Below are positions 12,976 to 26,132 of a DNA stretch of 64,000 nucleotides, in pieces. Below the pieces are notes generated by a model. The model had not been told where the DNA came from. It did not search any database and worked only from the letters and a program-made list of their open reading frames with translations. The translations under genes were made by a program, and so were the position numbers. The DNA is from Trichoplax adhaerens (lineage: Eukaryota > Animalia > Placozoa), in NCBI RefSeq assembly GCF_000150275.1, contig NW_002060951.1, positions 1,932,297 through 1,996,296 of the forward strand, read 5' to 3'. Position 1 is the first letter of the stretch. Every line of letters begins with the position of its first letter.

Positions 12976-15900
12976 ATGAGAAAGAAGGAAGAAAGAGATA
13001 CTACAGAAACTCTTCGAATCTTTTTTTCGTCGCCGTTTAATGGCATGGAAAAAGAGAGAGAAGAGCTAACTAAATTTTATTTTCCACATATTCATGATAT
13101 GTGCAATAATCGTGGCTATCAATTTATTCCTGTGGATTTGAGATGGGGTATTACTAAGGAATCAACTTCTAAATATCAAACGATTGGAATATGTCTTAGC
13201 GAGATTGACAGAAGTGATATATTTGTTGGCATGTTTGGCCAGGTAAGAAATAAGTGTTCTTAGCTGATTCTTTCGAAGAGTTTGTTGTAGACGTACAGTA
13301 ATTATACATTGCACAGAATCGCACTTATCCAATAAATAAATTAAAAAATTATTTAGCAAATTAAAACTTATTTGAATGCAGTAGCAATGAATTGTCTGAT
13401 TCCTGCACTATTGTAATTTTTAAAATTTTCGCACTTTCCTCTGCATTTACGGATAATCATATGTCTCTCCTAATTTTATAAACTTGTAAAGCACAGAATT
13501 AGCATTACAGATCCATGAATGTGCTATTATACAATATATCATTTAATTAATCTTGCTAAACGTTGAAGATCGAATGATGTTTAATGCGGCAGATTATTAA
13601 CTTTGTTAAGCAAATACTGCACGTACATAACAATAGCACGAATATATCATATAAATACTAATATCCTCTTGTAGACTACATATCTAACATGTAACTACCC
13701 GAGTAATGGTATTAGTTATTAGGGATTGCATATACCTAAAGTATTTCACTTTATAACTTATAGAGGTATGGCTGGAATGGATTTCAAGATGATCTGTTAC
13801 AAAAAACTTTTGATTATGCACAGAAATCTTATCCCTGGTTAGAACACTATCGCGATCGCTCCGTTACTGAATTAGAATTCCTACATGGTCATTTAAATAA
13901 TATCGGTGCATTACCAGCATGTTTTTTCTTTCGAGATAAGGTTAACATGAAAGCACGATAAATCATAGCTTGCATTAAGTGTTTACTCACACGTTGGTTT
14001 CTTAGCGACTATTAAAAATTATGCTATTCCGCCATTCGTTATTTATTAGTCGTATGATGATGAGCAATTGAAAATTTGCCAAGAAAAAGGACTAACTCAG
14101 CGTATGAATGCCTTCAAGGTGGAAAGTGATAAAACATATACGATGTTGAATGATTTAAAAAGAAGAATTAAAGAAACCGAGGACAAAGTACGGATTCAGT
14201 CAATGTCAATCTGTCGATATTTTACTTCCAATTTAATTAATCGGATAAATATTGTATTAAATTCTTCAACATGTATTTATACCATTGCAATTACTGTATT
14301 TTGTTTCCTCACGCTTTAGTGTTTGGCCGTTAATATGAACTATGCATCGCCAACCGAGGCAAGTGACGAATAAAAACCATTTATGTCCATTGCGTACTGT
14401 AAATAGTTGAAAGTGCGTAGACTGTATTTCTTGATTTTATAAGATAATTCTGATAGATGATCTGAATCAAATTATAGGGTGCCAGAGAAATTTATCTAAC
14501 GTTGCATAAGTATTTGACCGAAGTCTTCTTCATCCACCGTGCCGATGAGGATGATCCAGTTAGCTCAATCTTAACATTCCATGATGCCTTTTATATAAAT
14601 AGACTGTCATTAGGAGATAAATATGTTGGAAGCCATGACTATTTGAATGTTGTGAATCGGCATGCATATGATGAGGACGTACCACTTTTAGTTACTGGTA
14701 GAGGCGGTAGTGGCAAATCTGCTCTATTGGCTAACTGGTTAAAAAATCATCAGTCGAAGCAGCGAGACAAAAAATTGGTTGTTGCATATCATTTTGTCGC
14801 GAGCACAGCTAAGAACGCCCAAGGTAACTTTACCATACTGCAGTTATAATTCGTAGATAGTGATAGATGATATGATGTTCAACCGAATCTTAATTCCTAC
14901 GTGTTTAGATGTTCTAGTCATCTTGACGAACATTGTTAATCAACTACGTAAAAGCCAGAAGTTACCATTAAAGGAACATGATAACGCCAAGGATGCTTCA
15001 AAATCCTTGAATAAAATCCTCACAATACTTTCAAAAAAAGAATATTCGGTCGTTATCCTTGTTGATGGATTAGATCGTGTGACCAGTCGCGGAAAGTCTG
15101 AGCGTGTAAGTAAAATTACGAAAATATGTATGTAGTTTAGTGTTCGCATTTATTCTTACTGATTATAATTCAGCGTAGCTACTACAGAAAACTAATTCAT
15201 TATTTCAAAGTAAAAAGCTAAATAACCTAAACTACATTTTTGATATATTTGACTATTATCCTTACTTCGTATTGGATACTTCCAAAAATTTACTTTTTAA
15301 ACGCCATCTATGCCTTTAACTATAACCCTGATATGTGGCATGTATCTTGATACATTAATATGTTACATGCATTATCCTAAAAATCTAGCAATTAAGATAA
15401 TATTACCTTTGCAGACAGCTACTAAAACATAAGTTTAACTCTTTATAATATATTGACCGATTGTTTCTTAATCTTGGCTTAGATATTATATTGGCTACCT
15501 CGGGCAACTCCATCGGGAATTCACTTCCTATTATCTTGTAAAAGCAGTCATAACGAAATCACATCTGAACTTGTTGATGCCCGTCATTATCAAGTTTTGA
15601 ATATACAACCTTTAGAGCCAAAGGATATCCAAATTTTAACCGAAGTATAACAGCATCTTATCATATGCTGATCAAAATTTGTTCTATTCATAAAGAACCC
15701 CAAATAACTTACAAACTTTAACATTCGAATAGGGCATGCTAAAGCTAAGAGGAAAGGCTTTATCACCGAATCAGGTATTTAATTTAATCTGTAAGCCAAC
15801 ATGTTTGTAAATTGATAAATAAATACCGTATTCATTGATATCTTCGAAAGTATCGAAATATTATTACTTTTTGATCAAAACCTTTAAGATGTCGCATAAA

Positions 15901-18900
15901 AAATGTCATGTTACAATAATTAAGCTGGATTATTAACTCTTAAACTTATTACGCACATAATGAATCGAACCAGATGGACGTCGTCTTGAGTCAACAAGAA
16001 TGTAAGAATCCATTATATCTAAAAGTTGTACTTGAGGTAGGACATCTTAATTAAAATCCTTCGTAATAGGTACACGCTGCACTTTATTGAAATTTACTCC
16101 TGCTTTCTTTGTTATCCTTAATAATCGATTAGGAATTATCCGTCCACGGAAAATTTGAAACAATTGACGACCGTATAAAGGAATTATTGAGTTGTAATGA
16201 GTAAGATGTAGAATAGAATGCATTAATTAATAATATTAAATTTATATGCATGCAATAAACTTATTACTTTACAAACTGCTTACTGGAGCTAAAAGCATTT
16301 ATATCTAAAGCAGACTAAAAATACCAGGACCGATAAATCATTACAAGAGAAATAAATAATCAAATTTTAATAGATTTAAGCATTATACCATTTACTGGAG
16401 CATCATCTTAACCATACATTACCTATTCATGTTTTTTACAATATATTTGATTTGCTGTGAGTGACATCAATGGTATTACTTCCAAATCCTTTTTGACTGG
16501 ATCTTCTCATTTCAGTCCTATCCAACTCTTAGTTAATACAAAGCAGGGCTATTTTACATAAATAGAAATAAGATTTGTTGATGGTCTAGCATTGCGACAA
16601 AATAGGGAAATTAATGACAAATATGACTCCCTAACTAACTTTATTTAATCTTTTCTTTTTACTGATATAGCACAAAAGAGTTGTTTATCAAGTTTTTGGA
16701 ACGTTTAGAGATGGATTATAACACAGACAGCTCTACTAATGTTATTAAAGATGTACGTATGATGCATTTAGTAATCTGAGATGAACTTACTTAGTTGATA
16801 GGTAGTATATGATCATCTTTATGGAACAATGTTGACATCTGAAAAGAGGAATACGTCTTGATGGATATGACGTATTTAATTACTCAAGACTACGTGCAAT
16901 TAATAACAGCTATTGGGTCTATCGTACCCTAGATTTATGATATATCTGTAACTAAACAGAAATTATTTATACTGATGTTGCTCACTTGATGCGGACAATA
17001 AATTACCGCAGTAGTCACCAGGAATCAATAGGTATATTTAGAAATAAATAACGATTCCAGTTAAAAATGGTGCTGTTAACGTCAAATATCGAAAGCATAC
17101 AAAACATATTTACTATTTATGAATTATGAGAAGGTTTTCTTATTATTATCTTACTCTGATATCACCGAGAGTAAAGATGGATTACTTTAATTTTTACTTT
17201 ATGTGCCGTTCCGTAATTCACTCTAAATAAGTATACTGACTTTAGTATATGTATACGCAAATGATCTATATTTATATCTAAATAGAACGCAAAGCTTATT
17301 AAGAGACCGTACGTATAGATATAAATCAATTATATCATTTGCAGGCTGAAATATTTGTAAAGCATATACTTTTAGTATCGGTAAATTACAACATTTCAGT
17401 AATTGAATTTCACGACGAAGTGAATCATAAATGCAATAAATTGATCATTAGCTAAACTCCATCATCTTTTAATCCTTAGATGTCGTTATGTGGCAACTTA
17501 AACTGCTAGATAGTAATTATTATTTCATTCTATTGTAGCTCGATTAATGTAGGAATCAGCTATAGTATTAAATCTTGCTCTCTAATATTTATTAACTCTG
17601 TGTGTATATTTAAGATTATGTGCTACCTAAGTATTTCAAAAGAGGGTCTCACAGAAAAAGAAATCATAGACTTAACTGGACTGGAATCTACACAGTTAAC
17701 TATGATTTATTATGCCACAAATAAATATTTATCTCATCGTTCTGTCCTATTAAAGTAAGTAGGAACAGATTAAAATTTTGTCGAAATGATAGGAGCTAGC
17801 TCTTCGATTTATTTGCATTAATCCCGTCTAAAAAAATTAGTAATTTCATATTCTGATAACATTTGTAGATATATACGTACGAAATACAGTATACTAAGAT
17901 AATGATTTTGTTCATGTTTGAAACATTTCTTATTTAATTATATAATTATAGACCGACTAATATAAGTAGTTACGAAAAAAATATATCAAATGTTTCCGAT
18001 ACTAATGATTAAAAATAATTCCCTGATATGAACTCTTTTATGCTAGAGCAATGTACGCGTATAAGCCTAACCTTTATAATACGATTTTATTGTAAAAGAA
18101 TACCCTTTTAACTGCTAATACTAGAACCTTCGTTTTGCTATTCATTTGAAATATAATATTCTACTTGTATTTGAACTACTTATCATTTTCTTTTTTCAAT
18201 ATCTTTAAAACCATATAACTATATCTCGAATCTAGATTCATATATGACGAACTGAATGAGGCTATTCGTAGTATTTATTTACATGATCAATCCAAGGAAG
18301 ATTATTATTATGAATCGCTTATAAATTACTTTAGTAGTAAATTGATGGTACGAAAATTTTATAGTAAATCTTTTTACCTGCCTTATATAGCATACGTACT
18401 AAAAGCCAATTCTTAAATTATTTCAAATCAGTCTATCTCTTCTTCGCAACTGGATATCACAATTTTATCACGAGTTGCCACGGAATTGCCTCATTTGCTA
18501 ATAAAATCTGGTCGCTTTAATGAACTCGCAAATTGTATATGTAATATCCATGTATTCCAATGGATGGCTAAGTAAGTATATCATGTTACTATACCTGTTG
18601 CTAAAAATTTTCACAAATATTTCTGCAGTATTTACTGAATATATTTTCTAACCCAAGTAATTCTAGTAAGATGCTGTAGTGCTAATTCAATATTGAAAAT
18701 ACGATGGTGATATCTTGCTGTAATCTTTGTTTTAATATCATTTCTTAGGAATGGTGTAATAGATTTAGCTGAATATTGGATTCAGACGAAACTTGAACCG
18801 GAAGAGATAAACAGCATGTTAGAAACCTCAATCAAAAATGAATTAGCAAGCGTATACGCTGACCGCTATGACGAATTTCACGCGCCTAATCAAGCTATTA

Positions 18901-21900
18901 ACGAGGTAAAAAAGTGTTACTACGATAATTCCTTTTAGTTACATTTATGGATCGTGCATTCACGAAAACTCGTATTTTCTCCATTTATAAAAATCGGATT
19001 ACTTCACTTTAATGTTTATTAACTAACTTATTCTTTTGAATATATGATTAAATAGATCGAAAAGGTCCTTGAAACTGTTACAGCATTTCTCAACAGGCTA
19101 GCTCAATATGAGTCAGAGGAATACTTCTTGAAATGGCGCCTTCGTCTCGTTGTAAGCACATTTAATGATAATGGTAATATTGATAGCCATAGTATTAAGT
19201 AACTTATTAGAATTAATTTAATATCCTATTTTATAGCCATATGATGGCTATAGTAAATTATATCCCGTACTTTTCGACGCTAACTTACCAATGTATTCAC
19301 CAAAATTGATTTCAACATAATATCAATCTTATATGCGCGAATACTATTAGAATTTATTATACTGCCTCAGTAATTTCGCTTGCTGCTGACTTTCCCAGAA
19401 ACTGGCATCTCTTTACAGTTATTCTTATTCTTAGAGTACCTGGGTACTTAGAAACATTAATATGAATTAAACGTCAGTATTTTATCCTTAGTACGGCATA
19501 ATATTCCTATATCCCATATATTTAAGAAGCTAGTGAAGTTCTGATACATAAATGGAATAGAAAATTTTCGTAACATCGATGTTTGCTTTATTGTATTTCG
19601 GTTGCATTAATTTTTTTTGGTAATTGAACTGCTAGAAATCACGATTTAGCGAAGATGAGTCAGATAGCCAGTCTGAATGGCTAGCAGACATACTAAGAAA
19701 CTTGGCCATACTGTATGTTGACACTAATAGATTTATTGAAGCTGAACCTTTGCACTTGCAAGCCTTAAATATCTATGAAAGGTAAGCGATAGAATCATCG
19801 TAAGATATTTGAAGAAAATTTAAGCTTAAGGTTAAAAGACTTCACCAAATTAGCTATACTGAAACTTATTACTCTGATATAATTATAATAAAGTAATTCT
19901 TTAGTATTTAGTAACCACAGCATGCTCGCAGTAACGATTTTAATGAATCTGCTTTGGGAGTAAATAATATCACTTTACGACGGATTACGTTCAACAATAA
20001 TAGTAGTGATTAAGCAAAGAGTATGCATTTATTTTGCTTAACTATGCTACATTATATTTGATAATAGAAATACAAATTATATTGGGATGGATTATAGTAG
20101 GACATAGATGTAAAGCTTGATTTGAAAGCAATCAAATCAACACGAAAATTTCTTTTCTAATTTAATCTACGCGTATTCTGATATTTTGATGTTTTACAGT
20201 ATTGGATCGAAACTTCAAATTGCACGATCTCTTAATGGATTAGGTTTACTCTATTTTAGTAAAATGCACTATGATAAGGTAAGATTACGACCAGAAAATA
20301 TTTTATTAATTTGAACTATTCCTATATTTTATTGCAATATATTCGTAAAATTTACACATATTGAGTTAAATCAAAATTAATTGTTGAACTTTATTTATAT
20401 AATTGTAGGCGTCAGAATATATGTTGAAAGCTATTGAAATGCATAAAGAACAGGAAGACAGCTATGAATATGCAGATTCTATTAATAATTTAGCCTGCAT
20501 TTACATGCAAACTGACAAGTATACTGAGGCTGAAACATTATTTTGCCAATCTTTAAAAGTAAGAAATTTTCATTCCCTAACGGCTAACAATAGCACTGTG
20601 CGCGTATTGCATCACTCATTTGCTAATTTCAAGAAAATAGTGTAATCTAATATAATTTCGACAAAGTGCTATGGATTTATAGTTATACTAGTATACTCAA
20701 ATGTCGTTATAGAATTTATAAGCAAAGCGTATTTCAAACTAAAATAGAAACGACGGCAGTAGTCCTTTACTACATTATGGACTAATTTCTAAACTTAAAT
20801 CTTTAGATTTATGAAGAGTATTACTATGGAATACGAAATTTATCTATGTGTGGTAGTTACAACAACTTGGCTCGCTGTTATCGAAATCTTGGAATGTTAG
20901 ATAAAGCAGAATTTTACTATAAAAAGTACTCATATATTTGATCTTCTATTCTACTTGGTTACTAAATGTTTAAACAATTGAATACGTCCACAAGAACATA
21001 TTGCTTACAAAACATATATTCATTTCCAGTGCTATAAAATTTTTAAATGCTTATATAAAAATCTAGAAACGAAATCATTTCAGAGTTAAAATCGTCCCTC
21101 TTGAATCTAAACTGTTATATTATTTAATTATTGCAGAGCCTTAGATACAAGGTTGGATCTCATTAAATCCAATCATCCAGATATTGCTGAATCTTATATT
21201 AACATGGGCACCTTTGAATTAATCAATAAGCGGAATTATAAAACTGCAGAAGAATTTTTCACGAAAGCACTTGCTATCTATGAGGTGAGTCAAATATGAC
21301 CGTCATATGTCAGCAAGAATGCAGCTAAACTACATGGATTTATTATTGCTATATCTACTGCTCTTTTTTGATATATCTACTGTATAGAATCAGTATTTAT
21401 TCTTTCAAATATTTCTATTTTCGTGTTGCTCTGTAATATTGTTTTTATCCTTATTGTTCTCATGATAAAAATATGTACTTACTGCAAGAACATCTTAACA
21501 ACATATGATTTATAATTTATTGTAATGATTTTAGCTAATTACAGTAGTTATGCATATGTTAGGGTTAAGAACCCGTGCACTACATTTGTATAAAGTGATA
21601 TTAAAATTAACAATTTGTAGCCAATTAGGAAAAGGATAACGTCAATTACTACAAGTATTACGAATTTTCAGTGTCATGTTTGATTTTTTACTTAATATGC
21701 GACAATAAAGTTTGGCTTCTGATTACTAGCATAAATGTAATGTTACTTTAAATTCCACTTTAGCTGAGATAAAGCAATGAGGACATTTTACCGATTCCAA
21801 TCGATGGAACGCGTAGTTACTTCCGTACCAAGAAATGAAAGTTGATTTTTAGCAAACATCGCCATTATTCTAACTCATGTATAACAATTTTGAAAAATTG

Positions 21901-24795
21901 AGCCTATTCATCATTATATCGTTACTTGCATTCCGGGCTAGATAGCATTAATTAAGAAATGTATTATAAAGAAACAATGAGCGAAGGCAGCCAATGTTTT
22001 AAACGTGAATTTTGCGGATTTATGTTATTACTCCACTACATACTACAGCATTACATTTGCCTGCGAGTAGTAAATAAAGTCCTGATATAGAACATCGTAA
22101 TTGTGTTATTAATCGATAGATCGTTGATTATTTTTCAGACTGTTTACAGTGGCAATCATATTCAGATTGCCGTGACATGTGAAAATTTAGCCCTGACGCA
22201 TATGTATCAAAGCAACTTAGGCGAAGGTGTTCCGCATTTTGAGCGAGCAAGTAAATTCGATTATTAATCAGACTTAATGGAATATTTATGATTATTATAT
22301 TGTTATTGAATTGTTGAACACTGACTTTTAATAACTTTAAAATTATCACAGGTAAGATATTGTTCGCCTTGGACCAAATGCATGCCAGTTTAGCGCCACT
22401 AAATGCAGGCTATATTGAATATTACCTCGATAATCAGCTTTTCGATGACATTAAAGCATTAATCAAAAGGATTACTCATCGGTCATTATGTCCAGATAGA
22501 AATTTTGCTGTCTTAGACTGGATTAATGGTGGAATGCTAGCTAATCAAAGGCCGCCCTTAAGCTTAACGTAAGTTTTTTAGTTTCTTTTTTAAAACCTAC
22601 AAATAGCGATCGTCCAATTAGCAAGATAGTAGTAAAACAATAAGGAAACTTTTCTTTCATTATGCTGACTAAAATATTATAATCTATCGTTTGCTCGCTT
22701 TAAGATTAACTACTCTTGATTAACAATAGGACGCTGGACATCACATTTCATTTATGCGGCGAAAAAAGTTCCAAAACAGTCGCTCAGTATATAGATATGC
22801 TATTAAAAATTTATAATAGTCACACTAAAGCCGAAATACGCAAATATTGCTTGCAATCATTGGATTATTTTGAGGTAAGCGTAATCGATATTTATTATAG
22901 ATTTTAGTCTATTCTTCTGCGTACAATATAGTTATTCAGGCACTTATTAGGTAATCTTCATAGACACTTTCAATATATTATTATTTACCTAGAAAAACTT
23001 TAGTGTACAAGAAATCAATGTAGCAAAGGTTTATGAGATACTAGCGGCATTATATTCCTCTAGTAAAGAAGAAAATGACACCTTGCAATTTCTCGATTAT
23101 ATCGGTAAAGCAGGTACGGCAACATAACTCCTAGTTCTTGAATTTGCTGCTTAGATTACATAGCTTGTATAACAGTATGAGCAAACTTTAGTACAATGTC
23201 TAATTAGTAGTAGTTCATCTCTAAGCAATAAGCTCGTTTAATAATTTCTAAGTAATATCTACTATAGATTGTACTAGTAATTAATATTTATAAATTCCTT
23301 ACCCCTATCTAATGACCAGCTCGAATAAAAAAACTTTAGCATTATCAAGGATACTATAACAATTATTTTAAGTAAATGCAATACCGTAGCTGTTAGATAA
23401 TGCTACTAGCTATGTTTTATCACTCATGATAACACTAGACATCAATATCACTTGATAATGGTATTAGATTTTTCACCTACCTAATTCTTTTTCATAATTG
23501 CAGTCAGTATCTTCGAAGCCGCAAATAACTGGTCACAAGCTAATGCCTCTCTATACGCTTTTACAGTTGATTATTATCTAAATAACAATTTACTTGACCA
23601 AGCACGTTGTTTACTGAGTAAGATCACAGGGACTGAATGCAGTTCAGGAAGGGACTATGCTGCCCTAGATTGGTTAGATAGCCAATTACCTAAAGATGAG
23701 CGCACTTTGAGACCAAAACATCAATCCATTGATGCTGGCTTGCAAAAGTACATATGCAATGTTTTCATTGACAGTAAAAGTAAAGCTAGCTACTAAAATT
23801 GATATTAGAAAACTTTGTTATATACAATACGCAGGAGATAACAGCGATTACATCATTGTTAGCTAATTATGTTAAAATTACTTACTATCTATAAATACTC
23901 ATGCTCCAGATTGTTATTTTAGTTATCTCAGTATGCAAACCTACTCTGGTTATTTTCTTTAACGTTGCGCTATTGTTCGTAGTAATTACTGCCTAATCAG
24001 GACAAAATTTTATAACCACTCTAGACACCCAGATAACCTAATGCTCATTTCTCGCAAAATTGCCGATTTTGTTCCTGATATGGAAAAAATTATTTCTATG
24101 CTGGACGATGCTGGTGACATTCCTAGTTCGCATTTTACCTCTGTTTACGATGTTATATGTCGTGATTCGCCAAGTTGCCGACAAGCGGCAATTAGAGTTT
24201 TACAAGCTGGGTTAAGAAAACATCCAGATAGCCCGGTAAATTTCATCAAATCTACTTTTACTTACAATTATATTGATTGCATCTTAATGTTCATATTATA
24301 GAAAATCTTATGATGTTGTCAATAATTAATCTGAAAATTACAAATTTTTAGTGTCTTGTTAGGATTCACAATATGTTACATACTTCCTGTTATTACAATG
24401 ATTTCTGTAGGATATTCTATCCATATTAGCACCAACGCTGGCATCATACAAGCGATACGATGATGCAGCAAAGTACTACCAGAAGCTTGTAACAGTACTT
24501 TCAAACAACCCAAGCTTAGAGTATAGTTACGCCAAAGTTATGCTACTTCAAGAGAAACCCGATCTGGGCAAAATTCAGTTAGAAAAGGCCCTTCAGGCAG
24601 CTCAATCGAATAATGATGAAGCAATTGCCGCTCAAGTAGGTTACTATGCAAAGTATTGGTCAACGATATTGTACAAAAACAGATTTTATTCCACACTATA
24701 ATACCTTTAATATATATTTATTTGTATCAATATCTCGCGATCCTCAGATACAAGATACTATCAATGACCTGGTGACCTGGATGAATAAGAAGTGA
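12976..24795 (+). CDS. DUF4062 - NACHT-like P-loop NTPase - TPR repeat protein (NPHP3/TTC41-like STAND architecture), 29 coding exons, ~1396 aa
   Basis: Exons: 12976-13242, 13764-13940, 14050-14187, 14320-14358, 14478-14823, 14909-15105, 15483-15644, 15733-15774, 15974-16036, 16133-16200, 16671-16752, 17615-17754, 18236-18347, 18432-18571, 18749-18905, 19056-19151, 19636-19781, 20200-20278, 20409-20558, 20807-20925, 21137-21284, 22139-22250, 22352-22568, 22730-22874, 22993-23113, 23504-23747, 24025-24235, 24411-24635, 24748-24795. Phases are consistent and the total is 4191 nt. Motifs: RIFFSSPF, DLRWGIT, GQRYGW and SVTELE (DUF4062); Walker A GRGGSGKS; Walker B VILVDGLD; WLP; NPLYL; kinesin-light-chain-like TPRs (ADSINNLACIY, HPDIAESYINMG). 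Confidence 0.88.
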
Positions 24796-26132
24796 TAACT
24801 TCTGGCTTATATTCAAAGTTTAAATTGCCTAATGGATGCAATGTCAATGGTATTAGTATTTCAAACCTACGTGTAAACTACAAATGCAGTTATTCCTTGT
24901 AAATTTTAAAATCATATTCGTACAATTAGGGGATAGGACTCTGTAAACTCAGATGCAATAGATTTAAACAAATCTGCGTGTAAGCTAAATTCATATTAAT
25001 ACAACAGACAATTTAACTGAAGTAACATTTTATGAACGGATAATGATGTACCGTAATAAATATCTTAAGTAATTGCTGCCAGCTAGAACGTCATATGCGC
25101 GTAGATACAAATCATTCATTCGACCACAGAATAGTTTAATAAATTGAAATCTTTAATGAGGCAAAATAAATTGGTTTTTATATTAATTATCGGTCAAATA
25201 CGGTTTATAGTTATAATTACAAATTAACTTCGGAACACCTCCAATTAAACGCTAAGATACTTTTAAGGGTAATCATCATAACTAGTTATTAAAGATAAAT
25301 CTGAAAGATAGAAGGTTTCTAAATTATTACTTTTCTAGATTATATTTAATAAGAATATACTTAGATGCATAGGATTACAATTTCCCCAGCTCGTTATATA
25401 ATACTGTAACGAAAAAATTTTGGCAAACATGTAAATTTTAAATTTGGTCAAGTGCGACCAATTTGATATCGATACGTATTTTAAGAATTCGTCAATGAAT
25501 ATTACCATGCATATTCAAAAAATTAAAAAAGGTTAAATGTTTGCGTAATACTGTATACACAAGCTCAAATAATTCGAATAATAACAGATTGCAAGAATTA
25601 CGTGCTTGCATTATTCTAAAATCGAGTAGCTAGGGTAAAGAGGAGATACTTTACATACTATATATTAGTAGGCATTCTTATTTTATACTAAAGAAATACT
25701 ATCCACATATAGCAGAGTTAATGGTTGGATTTTGCGTCGGTATTTACTAATCAAACAGAAGTATAGTCGTGTACTTAAAGTAACTTCATTAGCAACATTA
25801 CTGAACGAACACAGTAGCAGAATATTCAAATATTTCCGCTTACATTAGTCGCAATAATATAGAGACGTTGCTATAAACACAAACATTAATATAGAGACAT
25901 TTCTATCATGCAATAGATAAAACGATATAAATATAATATAAATACATGTACACAATAAAAATTTACAGTGTACCAATAACAGTTGAGTGACAATAAGGTA
26001 CATTTGCTAGTCCTCCTTCATGCTTTTTTTCCTAGGTAATGGTGCTAGATCTTATATAACAGGGTACTCAATTTATATCTCCGTTATTAATGGAACCATG
26101 TATATCGATTAGGTATTACTAATTCTATGAAA

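Noticed and set aside
21764-21772. Possible short terminal exon (ag|CTG AGA TAA) ending the TPR gene early and splitting it into two genes
   Set aside because: Exon 22139-22250 continues the TPR pattern in the correct phase and links to all downstream exons, giving one continuous frame.
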